From the NCBI GenBank assembly GCA_038044205.1, contig JBBTAN010000017.1, positions 175,315-239,314 of the forward strand: a DNA stretch of 64,000 nucleotides, given 5' to 3'. A program made the translations under genes and the position numbers. The stretch's first letter is position 1. The number at the start of each line of letters is the position of its first letter. The notes under the pieces are model-generated. The model did not search any database. It saw nothing but the letters and a program-made list of their open reading frames with translations, and was not told the origin of the DNA. Positions 38,183 to 48,953 of this stretch are shown here, in pieces. The stretch comes from Nanobdellota archaeon (GTDB lineage Archaea; Nanobdellota; Nanobdellia; Pacearchaeales; GW2011-AR1).

Positions 38183-38236
38183 ATGAATGATGATTTTATG
38201 AATGATGATTTTATGAATGATGATTTTATGAATGAT
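38183..38236 (+). repeat. 15-bp tandem repeat ATGAATGATGATTTT x3.6 (MNDDF) at the start of a short ORF (38183-38356)
   Basis: Direct reading. Confidence 0.9.
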
Positions 38237-38441
38237 CCTAAAGGAGTAATGGAAGCAGAAGCTGTTGCGGAATTTTGGAGAAAATGGAAAGAAGAAAATC
38301 CTAATCGTTTATCTTTAGATGATGATTATATTATAGGATGCTACAGAAGAATTTGATTATGGTGATGTAGCTATATTATCTACTGAAATGTTATGTGAAG
38401 CCAGAAAGGATGGTCCTGTTTGGTGTAAGGATAAAAAATAA

Positions 38442-38672
38442 ATGAATAAAAATAAATATCAGAATTCTGAAGATGTAATGAGAGAAATTGGTTTTGTTTT
38501 TTCTGATCCAACTGATATTTATTTAGAAAAATCGGATAAAAATGAATCATCTCCAATTATAGAAGGAGAAGATTATGATATGTCAAAAATGCATGAAAGA
38601 TTAGAAGCATTGCATAAATTATCTCCAGAAGAAAGGAAAGATGCTTTTGTTTCTATTGGTAAAAATAAATGA
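38442..38672 (+). CDS. Hypothetical protein
   Basis: ORF in a run of small genes. Confidence 0.5.
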   Translation: MNKNKYQNSEDVMREIGFVFSDPTDIYLEKSDKNESSPIIEGEDYDMSKMHERLEALHKLSPEERKDAFVSIGKNK

Positions 38673-38884
38673 ATAATAAAAAATTTAATAATGTAGTTGA
38701 TAAATTTTTTAGAAAGGCTTTTGCTATAGATATAGGAAAACCAGTAATTGACGATATGTTATATGAGCATCAAGTTCCAAATAGTAAAAAAGTGAATAAG
38801 AATCGTATAAAAAATAAAAAGAAAGTTCTATTAGAAAAAATAGAATACGATCCTTTTTCTAATATAAAATCATTAGAATTTTGA
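38669..38884 (+). CDS. Hypothetical protein ending in NIKSLEF (possible variant of the C-terminal motif)
   Basis: SLEF-stop. Confidence 0.5.
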   Translation: MNNKKFNNVVDKFFRKAFAIDIGKPVIDDMLYEHQVPNSKKVNKNRIKNKKKVLLEKIEYDPFSNIKSLEF

Positions 38885-39037
38885 AGGACAAGTAAAATGG
38901 ACCAAAAAGATTTTCTTCATTTGCAATTAAATGCTACCAATAAAATAATAGAATCTGCTACAAAACTAAAAGATGATTTTTTTGGAGTAATAAGAAAATT
39001 GAAATTGAAAATGAATTAAGAAAATTGGAGAGTAATA

Positions 39038-39349
39038 ATGAAAAAATACAGTAAAGAAGAAAGTAAGAGAATGGTTGATGAATATATTAAAAGACTTAAT
39101 GATAGCAAACCAACAGGAAAATTAAATGATGGATATAGTGATAAAATATTAGCATATCATACAGATAATAATCCTGATTATATAGGTCCAAATGACGGTG
39201 ATGGACCTTCTTGGATTGGGCCTAAACCTGAAAAAGTAGAACTATATTTTGCAGACCCAATTAGAAAAAAAAGATTTTATGATTTTATCAAATCTATTGA
39301 TGATATATCTAATAAATATGTCGATGATATAAAAAATAAGGACCAATGA
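39038..39349 (+). CDS. Hypothetical protein
   Basis: GGAG SD. Confidence 0.55.
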   Translation: MKKYSKEESKRMVDEYIKRLNDSKPTGKLNDGYSDKILAYHTDNNPDYIGPNDGDGPSWIGPKPEKVELYFADPIRKKRFYDFIKSIDDISNKYVDDIKNKDQ

Positions 39350-39540
39350 TGCAATTGATTGTAATTGTTATATTAATTGGTTTTTTACTTGGTCTTTTTC
39401 TTATCAGGCACGAAGAAAAATTGTGGAATGACGGATATTGCAAATGTGGCGGTGAATGGATTGTTGTAAGGAATATGCAAACTAATATGTATAGGTGCTC
39501 CAAATGTAATTTAATTCTTATCACCATTACAGAAAAATAA
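39346..39540 (+). CDS. Small membrane-anchored zinc-ribbon protein
   Basis: N-terminal TM segment; WNDGYCKCGGEW...YRCSKC. Confidence 0.65.
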   Translation: MMQLIVIVILIGFLLGLFLIRHEEKLWNDGYCKCGGEWIVVRNMQTNMYRCSKCNLILITITEK

Positions 39541-39560
39541 AATGTCCAATAGGAAATGAA

Positions 39561-42500
39561 ATGAAAATTTTAGTTGCTTGCGAAGATCCAAGAATACCTA
39601 CTGGATTTGGTAATGTCAGCAGATTCCTTTGCGACATGTTCTCAAATCAAAATGAAGTATATTCTATTGCTTTTAACAACTCCGATTGTCCAAATCATGG
39701 AATTATATTTAATAACTATAAAGTAATACCAAACCTTGAATTAAAAAGAAATTCAAATGCCAGTTATGGTTCAGATGAACTAATAAATTTCTATGATAAA
39801 ATATATAACTTTGATCTTATTCTTTTTTGTAATGATAGCCATAGATTTAGATATATAAATTATCTAAATGAAGGTATTTTAAGTAGATCTATATACCTAC
39901 ATATCAGTGAAGCAGAAGAAATAGATATATTAGCTATGGATTATATGAAGAAATGCTCTGATTTTATTTTTTCTTGTTCTTATTCTAAAAATATACATAA
40001 AGAAATAAAAGAATCAAATAATAGGTCTACTATACCAATTCCTATTGATGTTGACAATTTCTCCCCTGCGTCAGAACAAACATACAAATCCTCAAGAAGT
40101 AAATTAAAATTAGATAATAAGTTTATTGTATTAAGGGTAGATAGAAATCAACCAAGAAAACAATGGGTATCAACATTAAGGGCTTTTTCTATATTTGCTC
40201 AAGATAAAGATGATGTTATTTTATATTGTAAGTGCGATATAAACGACCCTGCTGCCAATTATGATTTACCTTCTATTGCTTCAAGGTTAAATATAGGAGA
40301 TAAAATAAGGTTTGATGGTGAGTTTATAGAAAGAAAATCAATTTGTGAGAAAATATATAAAGCAGCAGATACCTTTTTAAGTACAACATCAGGTGAAGGA
40401 TTAGGACTATCCCTTTGTGAAGCAGGGCTTTGCGAGTTACCTATTATTTCTACTGATGCTGGTCCAATTAGAGAATTCCTTGGTGATAAAGCTATTCTTG
40501 TTCCTCCATTAGAAAAAGATAAATCAAGAACACAGAATTATAATATACCAAATGAAAAAGCGGTTGCAGATGAATTAAATAAATTGTATGAAGATTATAA
40601 ATTTAATAATAAAAATAAAAATAAGGAAATAGGCCAGGAGACAAGAAAACATATTCTTTCTTATTTTTCTAAATACAATATAGTTAGCGCATGGAAGAAT
40701 GTTATATCTTCTTTATTATCACTAAATAAGAGTGTTTTTGTATATGGACAAGAATTTCAAAGTAAAAGAACAATTTCTCATAAAAGAGAAAGAAATAAAT
40801 ATTTAGTTATTAGTAAAAATATAAAATTTCCTAAAGAAGTTGATGTTGTAGATAAACTAATTTCAGCATTAGAAGATAATCCTTCAAGTGGTATAGCAGG
40901 TTGCCCTATTAGAAGGGATACAGACCTTTCTGGGCCTATCTCTTGGCTAGATGGCACCTGTATAGCTATGAGGGAAGAAGATGCCAAAGTATATAATATA
41001 AATGATAAAACAACCGCTAAAGAATTTTTTTATATTTGCACTGATATGTTATCTAAAGGAAAATATATAGTAGAAGTCCCTATCTCTAATATAAGTAACT
41101 ATCAATTAAATGAAAAAGAAAAACAGGATATAAAAAACAATTGGGGAACAAATCTATATAATAAAATAAAAATAGCAATTCATTGTGATTTATCAACTCC
41201 AAATGGATTAGCTACATGGGCAATAGCAACAGCATTAAATCTAAATACTTATTCTTTCGATATTTATATAAATGATATATCTAATTCAGATAATAAATGG
41301 ACACCTATTCCTTTTCAACAACTAATAGAAAAAACAAAGAAAGTATCATTCGATAAATCTACTTGGAATTTTGATATGATTAATTTTTGCTTTCTACCGC
41401 TTCAGTTTAGTAATGACTTATCCTGTGGATTAGTTAAAATTTGTTTTATGAGGTGCGAGAATCAAAGAATATCAAAAGAAGAAGTAGTTGCTTGCTGCTC
41501 CATAGATAGAATCGTAGTTATGACAGATATAGAAAAACAATTACTTGTTTCTTCTGGAGTAACTATTCCTATTCATGTAGTTCCCCCAGTTTTCTTACCA
41601 ATTAATAAATCATTAAATAAAAAAGATATATTTACTTTTTTTACTACATGCAATGATGTTGAATCAATTGGGATTAAAAGGGTAGTAGAAGCATTTAGAG
41701 ATGAATTTCGTGGACAACATGATGTAAGATTATTAATTAGAGTCAATAAAGATTTGAAAGATACTTGGTTATCTTCTTTACCTCCTGTTCCAAGAGTATC
41801 TTTATATAGTAATTATGGTAAGAAATCCTATGAAGATATTTATGAGGAATTAGTATCTTATTCTGCTTATATTCAACCAAGTGGATTCGGAATGTCAACA
41901 GTAGCATTAGAATCTTCTTATTACAATCTTCCTGTCATTTTCCCTAAAGGTTGTGGTAGTGAATCAATATTTGGTAAAAGTATATTAGAAGTAATATCAA
42001 ATATAAATAATGATAATTTAATATATGATAAGGATTTATTGAGAAATAGTATGAGAGAAGTATTTGAGAAGAAACATACAGGCCAAGTAAAAAGAAATTA
42101 TGATTTAATTAGAGATATAGATAATAAGAAATGTTTTGTTGGAGACCTGATCCCTCTTTTATTTTCAATGAAGGGAAATGTAGATAAGTCTTTATCCTAT
42201 AAGGAGTTCAATCCTTTAATAATAAGAAATATAGGACTAAAACCGGTTCAGGATAATGATTATATAGATATAGTAATTCCCACTAAAGATAGAAGACAAT
42301 ATTTATGTTCTTTATTATCTTCTTTATTATGCCAAACGTATAAACTATGGAATTTAATTATTGTTTGTGATGATAAAGATGAATCAATAATAACAGATAC
42401 TACTATTCAATCTTTGTTATCAGCTATAAGAGTTGGTAATCATTCTGTTTTAATGATAAGAGGTAATAGAAAAGGTCCGCATTTTTCTCATCAGAAGGCA

Positions 42501-43043
42501 CTGGAATCAGCTAACTCTGATCTTATATTTAGAATAGATGATGATTGTATATTACATCCTGAATGTTTAGATATATTAAAGAGTTATTTTATTTCTGATG
42601 TAGGATGTAGAATAGGTGCGGTTGGTCCATTAGTATTAAGTGGTGGAAAGAATGAAAATGAACAGAAATGTCCTGTAGGATATGAGGAGATGTCTGGGTT
42701 TTCTGGTAAAGCCTTTGACCCTAAACCAAATTTACAAACATATATAGGTTGTGGTAATGGATATGATATGGAAGTTGAACATTTATATTCTTCTTTTATG
42801 TATAGGAAAGAGTGCGCTAAAGGAGTTGGAGGATATTGTTTAGATTATTCTAAAGCAGGATTTAGAGAAGAAACAGATCTAACTTATAGAATGAAATTGT
42901 CAGGATGGAAATTATTAGTTGTTCCTTCAGCTAAAATATATCATTTATCTGCTCCTTATGGCGGGGTAAGAGATATTGATAATGAATATTTTAAATCAGA
43001 TGACCAGCTATATAAGAAAAGATATATTTCTTTTATTAAATAG
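39561..43043 (+). CDS. Multi-domain glycosyltransferase (GT4 + degenerate GT2-like + degenerate GT4 + GT2)
   Basis: PTGFG, RNQPRK, GEGLGLSLCEA; SGFGMSTVALE; IVIPTKDR, RIDDD, FREETD. Confidence 0.85.
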   Translation: MKILVACEDPRIPTGFGNVSRFLCDMFSNQNEVYSIAFNNSDCPNHGIIFNNYKVIPNLELKRNSNASYGSDELINFYDKIYNFDLILFCNDSHRFRYINYLNEGILSRSIYLHISEAEEIDILAMDYMKKCSDFIFSCSYSKNIHKEIKESNNRSTIPIPIDVDNFSPASEQTYKSSRSKLKLDNKFIVLRVDRNQPRKQWVSTLRAFSIFAQDKDDVILYCKCDINDPAANYDLPSIASRLNIGDKIRFDGEFIERKSICEKIYKAADTFLSTTSGEGLGLSLCEAGLCELPIISTDAGPIREFLGDKAILVPPLEKDKSRTQNYNIPNEKAVADELNKLYEDYKFNNKNKNKEIGQETRKHILSYFSKYNIVSAWKNVISSLLSLNKSVFVYGQEFQSKRTISHKRERNKYLVISKNIKFPKEVDVVDKLISALEDNPSSGIAGCPIRRDTDLSGPISWLDGTCIAMREEDAKVYNINDKTTAKEFFYICTDMLSKGKYIVEVPISNISNYQLNEKEKQDIKNNWGTNLYNKIKIAIHCDLSTPNGLATWAIATALNLNTYSFDIYINDISNSDNKWTPIPFQQLIEKTKKVSFDKSTWNFDMINFCFLPLQFSNDLSCGLVKICFMRCENQRISKEEVVACCSIDRIVVMTDIEKQLLVSSGVTIPIHVVPPVFLPINKSLNKKDIFTFFTTCNDVESIGIKRVVEAFRDEFRGQHDVRLLIRVNKDLKDTWLSSLPPVPRVSLYSNYGKKSYEDIYEELVSYSAYIQPSGFGMSTVALESSYYNLPVIFPKGCGSESIFGKSILEVISNINNDNLIYDKDLLRNSMREVFEKKHTGQVKRNYDLIRDIDNKKCFVGDLIPLLFSMKGNVDKSLSYKEFNPLIIRNIGLKPVQDNDYIDIVIPTKDRRQYLCSLLSSLLCQTYKLWNLIIVCDDKDESIITDTTIQSLLSAIRVGNHSVLMIRGNRKGPHFSHQKALESANSDLIFRIDDDCILHPECLDILKSYFISDVGCRIGAVGPLVLSGGKNENEQKCPVGYEEMSGFSGKAFDPKPNLQTYIGCGNGYDMEVEHLYSSFMYRKECAKGVGGYCLDYSKAGFREETDLTYRMKLSGWKLLVVPSAKIYHLSAPYGGVRDIDNEYFKSDDQLYKKRYISFIK

Positions 43044-43053
43044 GAGAAATTAA

Positions 43054-43695
43054 ATGAGTAGGTTTTTTAGAGAAAAGCTAACAAGAGAAGAATTCGCTAA
43101 AAAGATTATGGAATATTTAAAATATTTAGTTAAAAAGAGTAAAGAAGAATATGGAGATGATGATTTTGCTGAACAACCAGACATATGGAATTTGCCGCCT
43201 TTAGAAGCTATAGAACGTAAATATAGATATAGTGATAATTATTATTATATTTTAAACTCATTTATTAATGACAAAAATATTAATAAAGATTTATCAAAAG
43301 TAGTATTTGATACAGAAAATATTGAAGGTAATCCTAATGAAGCATATGCTGGAGCTAATAGTATTTGTGGTATTAAAACTTTTTCTAATGGTCTGACTTA
43401 TTTGGGTGCTACTGCAGGTGGTGATTGGGAGCAACCATTATTTTTTATTATTTACCATGATGGCAATAATTTCCGTGCTTATATCCCAAAAGATGGGAAT
43501 ACATGGAATACTGATACAAATATGGCTTATGGAAATTCAGAAGAGGATGAAGACGATCCCGACAATGCTGATATTAAAAATATAAATAAAAGATTTGGTA
43601 AAAACTATAAAGGATGGGAGGATGTTGGCGATATAAATGTAGATTGTGATAAAATAATAAAAGATATAGAAAATAGAATAATATTCAAACCATAG
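43054..43695 (+). CDS. Phage hypothetical protein
   Basis: AGGDWEQPLFFIIYHDG..FRAYIP..GNTWN. Confidence 0.6.
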   Translation: MSRFFREKLTREEFAKKIMEYLKYLVKKSKEEYGDDDFAEQPDIWNLPPLEAIERKYRYSDNYYYILNSFINDKNINKDLSKVVFDTENIEGNPNEAYAGANSICGIKTFSNGLTYLGATAGGDWEQPLFFIIYHDGNNFRAYIPKDGNTWNTDTNMAYGNSEEDEDDPDNADIKNINKRFGKNYKGWEDVGDINVDCDKIIKDIENRIIFKP

Positions 43696-43696
43696 A

Positions 43697-43724
43697 AGGA
43701 CATTCTTGTATTTCCGCCGAATAA
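43697..43724 (+). promoter_or_regulatory. AGGA-N18-GAATA promoter-like motif
   Basis: AGGA 43697-43700, GAAT 43719-43722; upstream of the putative virion genes. Confidence 0.55.
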
Positions 43725-43755
43725 TATATAATAACTGATAATAGGAGATATATTA

Positions 43756-46700
43756 GTGGTTTCTCAATCTTTCGGTGGAACTGCAAGTCTGCAAAACTGT
43801 AAATTAAGAAGATTGTCATTAGCGGACAATGCTGAACCAAGACCTACAAGGCTAATAGGTTATTGGCCTTTTGATGGTTCCATTCTAAATAAAATAACAA
43901 CAATTCCAACTTCTATTACCTATGGAATTGATTCTTCTAATTTCTCTATTGGACAAATAAATGGTTCATTATCACTAAATGGCATAGACGAATATTTTAC
44001 AACTAATTATGAATTCTATGATGGAGACCCAGAACTAACTATTTCTTGTTTTATTAAAGTAAACGCAACAGATTCAAGAAGATGTTTAGCATCCTGTGGT
44101 GATAAATGGACAATATATATATTAGATGATGGAAGAATAGCAGTAGAAGGTCAATCTACAGTAATATCTGATTTCTCAATCAAATCATTAAAATATTTTC
44201 ATTTAACAGTATCCTTTTCATCTCTGAATAAAGTATCTATTTATTATGATGGAATTCTAATAACTCAAGACGATTTCTATTATGGAACTAATACAGGGCT
44301 ATTATCAATAGGAAGAAAAGATAATTCTTTTTTCTTTGGTAATATAGATGACCTTAAAATATGGGATGTTGCTTTATCAGATACAGAAATAGCCTACCTT
44401 GCTCTTGCTGGTTTAGGAGATAATATAAGAGGAACAGGTGCTGGATTTGATGTTAATCAGAATGTTTTTTTCTCCCCACTTGATTCAATAAATAAAAATA
44501 TACCAACTTATGTCGGAAATCTTGATGGGTTTTGGATTTTTTCAGAGAATTTATTATTAGTAAGTGCTTCATCTGCAGGAAGTTCAAGTCTAACTTATTC
44601 AAATTGTTCTGCAAGGATAACTTCATTCGCAGGTGGAGTTTATTTTGATGGAACAGGACAGTTTATATGTAACGATTCATTACTAACCGATATACAAGAG
44701 ACTTCAACTATAACTATTTCTTTTTGGGCTTTATTAAAAGAAAATGCCAATCAAAATATATTATATAAAGGTAGTGTAAGTAATCCAAATTGGTTGATAT
44801 ATCTAAATTACAATAAATGTCCTGCTATTAAGATTGGAAGTAATGTAATAGAATCAACTACTCCTTTCAATTTCGCCTCTGTAAATGAAATTTCTTTTGT
44901 ATATAACAATAAGAGTGTAAAACTTTATGTAAATGGAGTTCTTGGAGCATCTGGAACTGTAGATACTCCTCCTGCAACCGCCCTGTCGTTTTCCAGTTCA
45001 TTAGGATTAGTAGGTTGTTTATCAAGTTTAAGAATATGGGATTTTTCTTTTACTGCAAGTAATATATTAGATGAATATAAAAATGGATTACTTTCTGATC
45101 CTTCTACTTCTGGATTAAGATTTTCTAATTTACATTCATTGACTGTAGAGAATCCTCAACAGAATAATTTAAAACTTTTAGCTCCGATGCAGGAAGATTT
45201 AACTTCTTGGTCATCTAATATAAATATGACTGCTGAAGGCTTCCAGATTGATGTAAATGATAGTATGCTTGGGACAGGTGTAGATGGAGCATTAGATGTT
45301 ACATCTACATTGAAAATCTGCACAACTTCTACTAATTTAATTTCTACTGCTACTCAAGGTGATTTGGTATTAAATGTAAATGATTCTACAGGGTTCAAAG
45401 GTGATGATGAAATTCTTCTTTATACAAGCACAAGCACTAATGGTTCCGTATCTGGTATTTGGGAAATAATAAAAATATCATCAGTTGAAAAAGGTAAATT
45501 GCTACTTAAAACACCTGTAGTAAATACCAGATATATTCTTTTATTGGATGAAAATGGTAATTATATAGGGGCAGGTGTAAACGGATCTCACCAAGTCATT
45601 CGCATTCCTCAATATACATCTATAAATATAAATAGTGGAGGTATTTTAACTGCTCCAGAATGGAACGGTGAAAAGGGTGGAATATTAGTAGTTAAATGTA
45701 AAGAATCTTTTTATATTGAGAATGGTGGTTATGTATCAATGGATTCCAGAGGCTTTAGGGGTGGAGTATTATATAGTAATTCTCCTATGGCTGGTGAAAG
45801 TATAAATGGACAAACTATTGTTTATTCTGATGGAACAGTGAATTTCGGTGGTGGTGGATCAGGTTATGGTTCTGGTTACTCTTCTGGTTCTGGAGGTTAC
45901 GGAACTGGTGGTGGAAATGGGATGGACCCTGTAGGCGGTGTAAGACCAAATACGGGTGGAGATATATACGGTAGAAGAGATTTAAGAGATATGGCTACAC
46001 TTGGTTCTGGTGGTGGAGCTATATTAAGAAGTAATAGTCCAGTAATAGAAGGATTCAAAGCAGGTGGTAATGGTGGTGGATTTATTTTTATTTATTGTGG
46101 CCAATTAGTTGGCGATGGGGTTATTACAGCCAATGGAGCTAATAGGCAGGTTCTGGCTGGGGACATGTCTGCGGGCGCGGGATCAGGTGGTTCTGTTCTT
46201 ATATTGGCAAAGAATAGCACTTATACAGGTGATGTTACTGCTATAGGTGGAACAGCCCATGTTACAGGTGGTGCAGGTGGGGATGGACGTATAGCAGTAG
46301 CAATTTCTAATAGTGGAGTACAATTTGAACCAAATGCATACTCTCTGTCATCGGACACTCCAACTTATGGAGATGGACCGTCAGATGGAAAATCAGTTTT
46401 TGTACCTGCTAATGCTTGTGTTCTTACGGATTCTATAGTAGGTGGTCAATTATCAATTACTGATACCTTTACTATAGATGCTTGGGTCAACGCAAGAGAA
46501 GTAGGAAATACAGGATTAGATAGAACCGTAGTTGCTAAATGGGATAACCTAAATAGAAGACAAACGTTCTGGTTAGGTATAGATAAAAATAATAAATATG
46601 TATTCAGGGTAGGTCATAATGCTGGAACGTATGGATATTATCCGTATTATGAATATTATCCATATTACAGTTATTATGATTATAGTTATCCTCTTTATGA

Positions 46701-47862
46701 ATACGTATATGAGACTCAATTATTCTATGCTGGTCAAACATACTCTTATGATTATACCTACGACTATGATAAATATTATTGTTTTTATGATTTACCTGCA
46801 GAAATGTATAATTACTACGGATATAATGAATATTATATTTACGGAGAATATAGCTCGTATAACAATATAAGAAAATATGGAACTGTAATAACTCAATGTA
46901 CTTCAAGGGAGACAGCGGATACAGATGAGTGGGTAAGACTGACTGCTGTATTTGATGGTAGTTACGCTTATCTTTATGTTGATGGAAGACTTGTATCTAA
47001 AGTAAAAGCAAAACAATTATCTCCTATTTATTCTGATGCTTCTTTAACTATTGGTTCGAGGAAAGAAGGATATGAAGTAGCTGATAATTTAGTAGGTTCA
47101 GTTGGAACAGTAAGGTTATGGGATAAGGCTTTAACTATTTCTGAAGTAAAAGAAATGGTTGATTCTGAAATATATGATCCTACACAGGCTACTGATGGAT
47201 ATTCTTTAACTCCAAGTATTCCAGTTGGTAATGCAAGTAAACCTGTAGGAACTTGGGGTAAGTTATTTATTAATAGGGATTTACAGTATCCTTCCAATAC
47301 TTATTTCGCATCTGAAAGCAGTTCTGTCATAGCTACAGAAGATTATACTAAATGGGATTATTTAAATTATCTTTCTATTACTGATTTGTCTTGGACTCCA
47401 ATACCAAGATATTGTGAGCCAACAGGGAAAATAATAATAAATAATAAAAATGCTTTACAAATGAAAGTAAAATCAAGTTTAAGTGGTTGGGGAACATTGT
47501 CATTAGACAATTCTATTGATTTAAGAAATTATACTTATCTTGGATTTAGAATTCAATCAACAAAGATAGGTAGAGTATTAAAAGTAGTATTATCAGATGT
47601 ATGGGATGTTGATTCTTCATTAAAATATGAAATGTATATAACACAATCATCAGAGTATGAAGAAGTATTTTGGTATTTGAAAGATATAGCACCTTATTTA
47701 ATACAGGATATAAAATATATTTCTTTCTTTCCACAGAATAATTCAAGAGATTGGGAATTTACTATTAGTGAGATATTTGCCATGAATGCCAGGCAGAGTG
47801 GTGATAATATCGGCGCAGATATAAATAATTTTCTTATGCTGAAAACTATTAATTCTCATTAA
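43756..47862 (+). CDS. Probable virion surface/tail protein with three LamG/concanavalin-A-like domains, a Gly-rich segment and a Tyr-rich insert
   Basis: GYWPFDG...GNIDDLKIWDVALS; LYVNG...LRIWD; FTIDAWV...LYVDG...VRLWDKALT; GSGGG/GGAGGDGRI repeats. Confidence 0.75.
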   Translation: MVSQSFGGTASLQNCKLRRLSLADNAEPRPTRLIGYWPFDGSILNKITTIPTSITYGIDSSNFSIGQINGSLSLNGIDEYFTTNYEFYDGDPELTISCFIKVNATDSRRCLASCGDKWTIYILDDGRIAVEGQSTVISDFSIKSLKYFHLTVSFSSLNKVSIYYDGILITQDDFYYGTNTGLLSIGRKDNSFFFGNIDDLKIWDVALSDTEIAYLALAGLGDNIRGTGAGFDVNQNVFFSPLDSINKNIPTYVGNLDGFWIFSENLLLVSASSAGSSSLTYSNCSARITSFAGGVYFDGTGQFICNDSLLTDIQETSTITISFWALLKENANQNILYKGSVSNPNWLIYLNYNKCPAIKIGSNVIESTTPFNFASVNEISFVYNNKSVKLYVNGVLGASGTVDTPPATALSFSSSLGLVGCLSSLRIWDFSFTASNILDEYKNGLLSDPSTSGLRFSNLHSLTVENPQQNNLKLLAPMQEDLTSWSSNINMTAEGFQIDVNDSMLGTGVDGALDVTSTLKICTTSTNLISTATQGDLVLNVNDSTGFKGDDEILLYTSTSTNGSVSGIWEIIKISSVEKGKLLLKTPVVNTRYILLLDENGNYIGAGVNGSHQVIRIPQYTSININSGGILTAPEWNGEKGGILVVKCKESFYIENGGYVSMDSRGFRGGVLYSNSPMAGESINGQTIVYSDGTVNFGGGGSGYGSGYSSGSGGYGTGGGNGMDPVGGVRPNTGGDIYGRRDLRDMATLGSGGGAILRSNSPVIEGFKAGGNGGGFIFIYCGQLVGDGVITANGANRQVLAGDMSAGAGSGGSVLILAKNSTYTGDVTAIGGTAHVTGGAGGDGRIAVAISNSGVQFEPNAYSLSSDTPTYGDGPSDGKSVFVPANACVLTDSIVGGQLSITDTFTIDAWVNAREVGNTGLDRTVVAKWDNLNRRQTFWLGIDKNNKYVFRVGHNAGTYGYYPYYEYYPYYSYYDYSYPLYEYVYETQLFYAGQTYSYDYTYDYDKYYCFYDLPAEMYNYYGYNEYYIYGEYSSYNNIRKYGTVITQCTSRETADTDEWVRLTAVFDGSYAYLYVDGRLVSKVKAKQLSPIYSDASLTIGSRKEGYEVADNLVGSVGTVRLWDKALTISEVKEMVDSEIYDPTQATDGYSLTPSIPVGNASKPVGTWGKLFINRDLQYPSNTYFASESSSVIATEDYTKWDYLNYLSITDLSWTPIPRYCEPTGKIIINNKNALQMKVKSSLSGWGTLSLDNSIDLRNYTYLGFRIQSTKIGRVLKVVLSDVWDVDSSLKYEMYITQSSEYEEVFWYLKDIAPYLIQDIKYISFFPQNNSRDWEFTISEIFAMNARQSGDNIGADINNFLMLKTINSH

Positions 47863-47872
47863 GGAATAACTA

Positions 47873-48877
47873 ATGGCAGATACATATGTTTTTGAAGTAG
47901 GTTCAGTAGGAACCTTCTATGTTAATTTTACTGATCTAAATGGTATCAGCGTAAATGCTGATGGCGATGTTACTCTTACAATAAAAGATAGTGTGGGAAA
48001 TACATTAGTAGCAAGTAGAAGTATGGTTCCAATAAGAACAGGATACTATATGTTAGACTGGGAAATTCCTTTTGATTTCCCAGTATCAATGAATGATTCT
48101 GCTGTAGTTAATGCCACTATTGATGGTGTTGCTAAATCAATGACTTTTAGAGTTGTAGTTGTGGTTTCAGAAGGAGAAGTAACAACATCAGGTGGTCAGA
48201 TTGCTTTTTCTACTTCAAGTATGTTAAATGATTTAATAGGTGCTACTATATACAGAATAAAAGAGGCTCAACAAATCCCTATTTATGGAGAACAAGCAAC
48301 TTTATTTACTGATACTTCTACTGCTAAAGTTACATTTGGTAAATGGAATCAAAGTGCAAGTCCAATAGTAAGAAGAAATAGAAATATAGTTTCTTCTAAT
48401 CTTTATACTGTAGATTATAATGGAAAGGTTATATTTACTGACGGACTAACAAATGCAGATGTAGTCCATGTTGACTATAATTTTGCTTGGTTTGAAAGAG
48501 CAGAGTTAGCAGAGTTTTTGGCAGAATCTTTACAAGAAGTAAATTTAATAGCTCCAGGAACTTCTTACGATATATCAACAATGCCTACGGCGTTTACATT
48601 CGTAGTAGTTACTGGTGCTTGTATGTATGCTTTAAGAAGATTGATTTTTGGTTTAGCTTTCCAAGAACCTCGTTTAGTTTACGATACTCCAAGAGATAGT
48701 GGAGCAAAGTTCTCTAATGATATATTTAAATCTTTATTAGAAGACTATAAGCAGAATTTCGATGATATGAAAGTAAAAGTAAAGAGATCGAGATGGCCAA
48801 CCCCAAGCATGATTGTTACTCCTGAATACACTTTACCTGGAGGTAGGTCTCGTTGGTTTAGGTATCTATTTAAATAA
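47873..48877 (+). CDS. Probable virion structural protein (Ig-like N-terminus; head-tail connector-like C-terminus)
   Basis: YTVDYNGKVIF...VHVDY; SLQEVN...; located near terL. Confidence 0.45.
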   Translation: MADTYVFEVGSVGTFYVNFTDLNGISVNADGDVTLTIKDSVGNTLVASRSMVPIRTGYYMLDWEIPFDFPVSMNDSAVVNATIDGVAKSMTFRVVVVVSEGEVTTSGGQIAFSTSSMLNDLIGATIYRIKEAQQIPIYGEQATLFTDTSTAKVTFGKWNQSASPIVRRNRNIVSSNLYTVDYNGKVIFTDGLTNADVVHVDYNFAWFERAELAEFLAESLQEVNLIAPGTSYDISTMPTAFTFVVVTGACMYALRRLIFGLAFQEPRLVYDTPRDSGAKFSNDIFKSLLEDYKQNFDDMKVKVKRSRWPTPSMIVTPEYTLPGGRSRWFRYLFK

Positions 48878-48906
48878 TAATTTTTGCAGGAAAACAACTA
48901 ATAAAG

Positions 48907-48938
48907 AAAGAAGAGATAATAGGTCTCTTCTTTTTTTT
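48907..48938 (+). terminator. Intrinsic terminator
   Basis: AAAGAAGAGA-taatagg-TCTCTTCTTT followed by a T run. Confidence 0.65.
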
Positions 48939-48953
48939 GTTTGGAGAAAATTT

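Noticed and set aside
46627-46878. Tyr-rich segment as a diversity-generating retroelement variable region
   Set aside because: No template repeat or reverse transcriptase seen in the window, and the segment is internal to a LamG domain rather than a C-terminal CLec-type region
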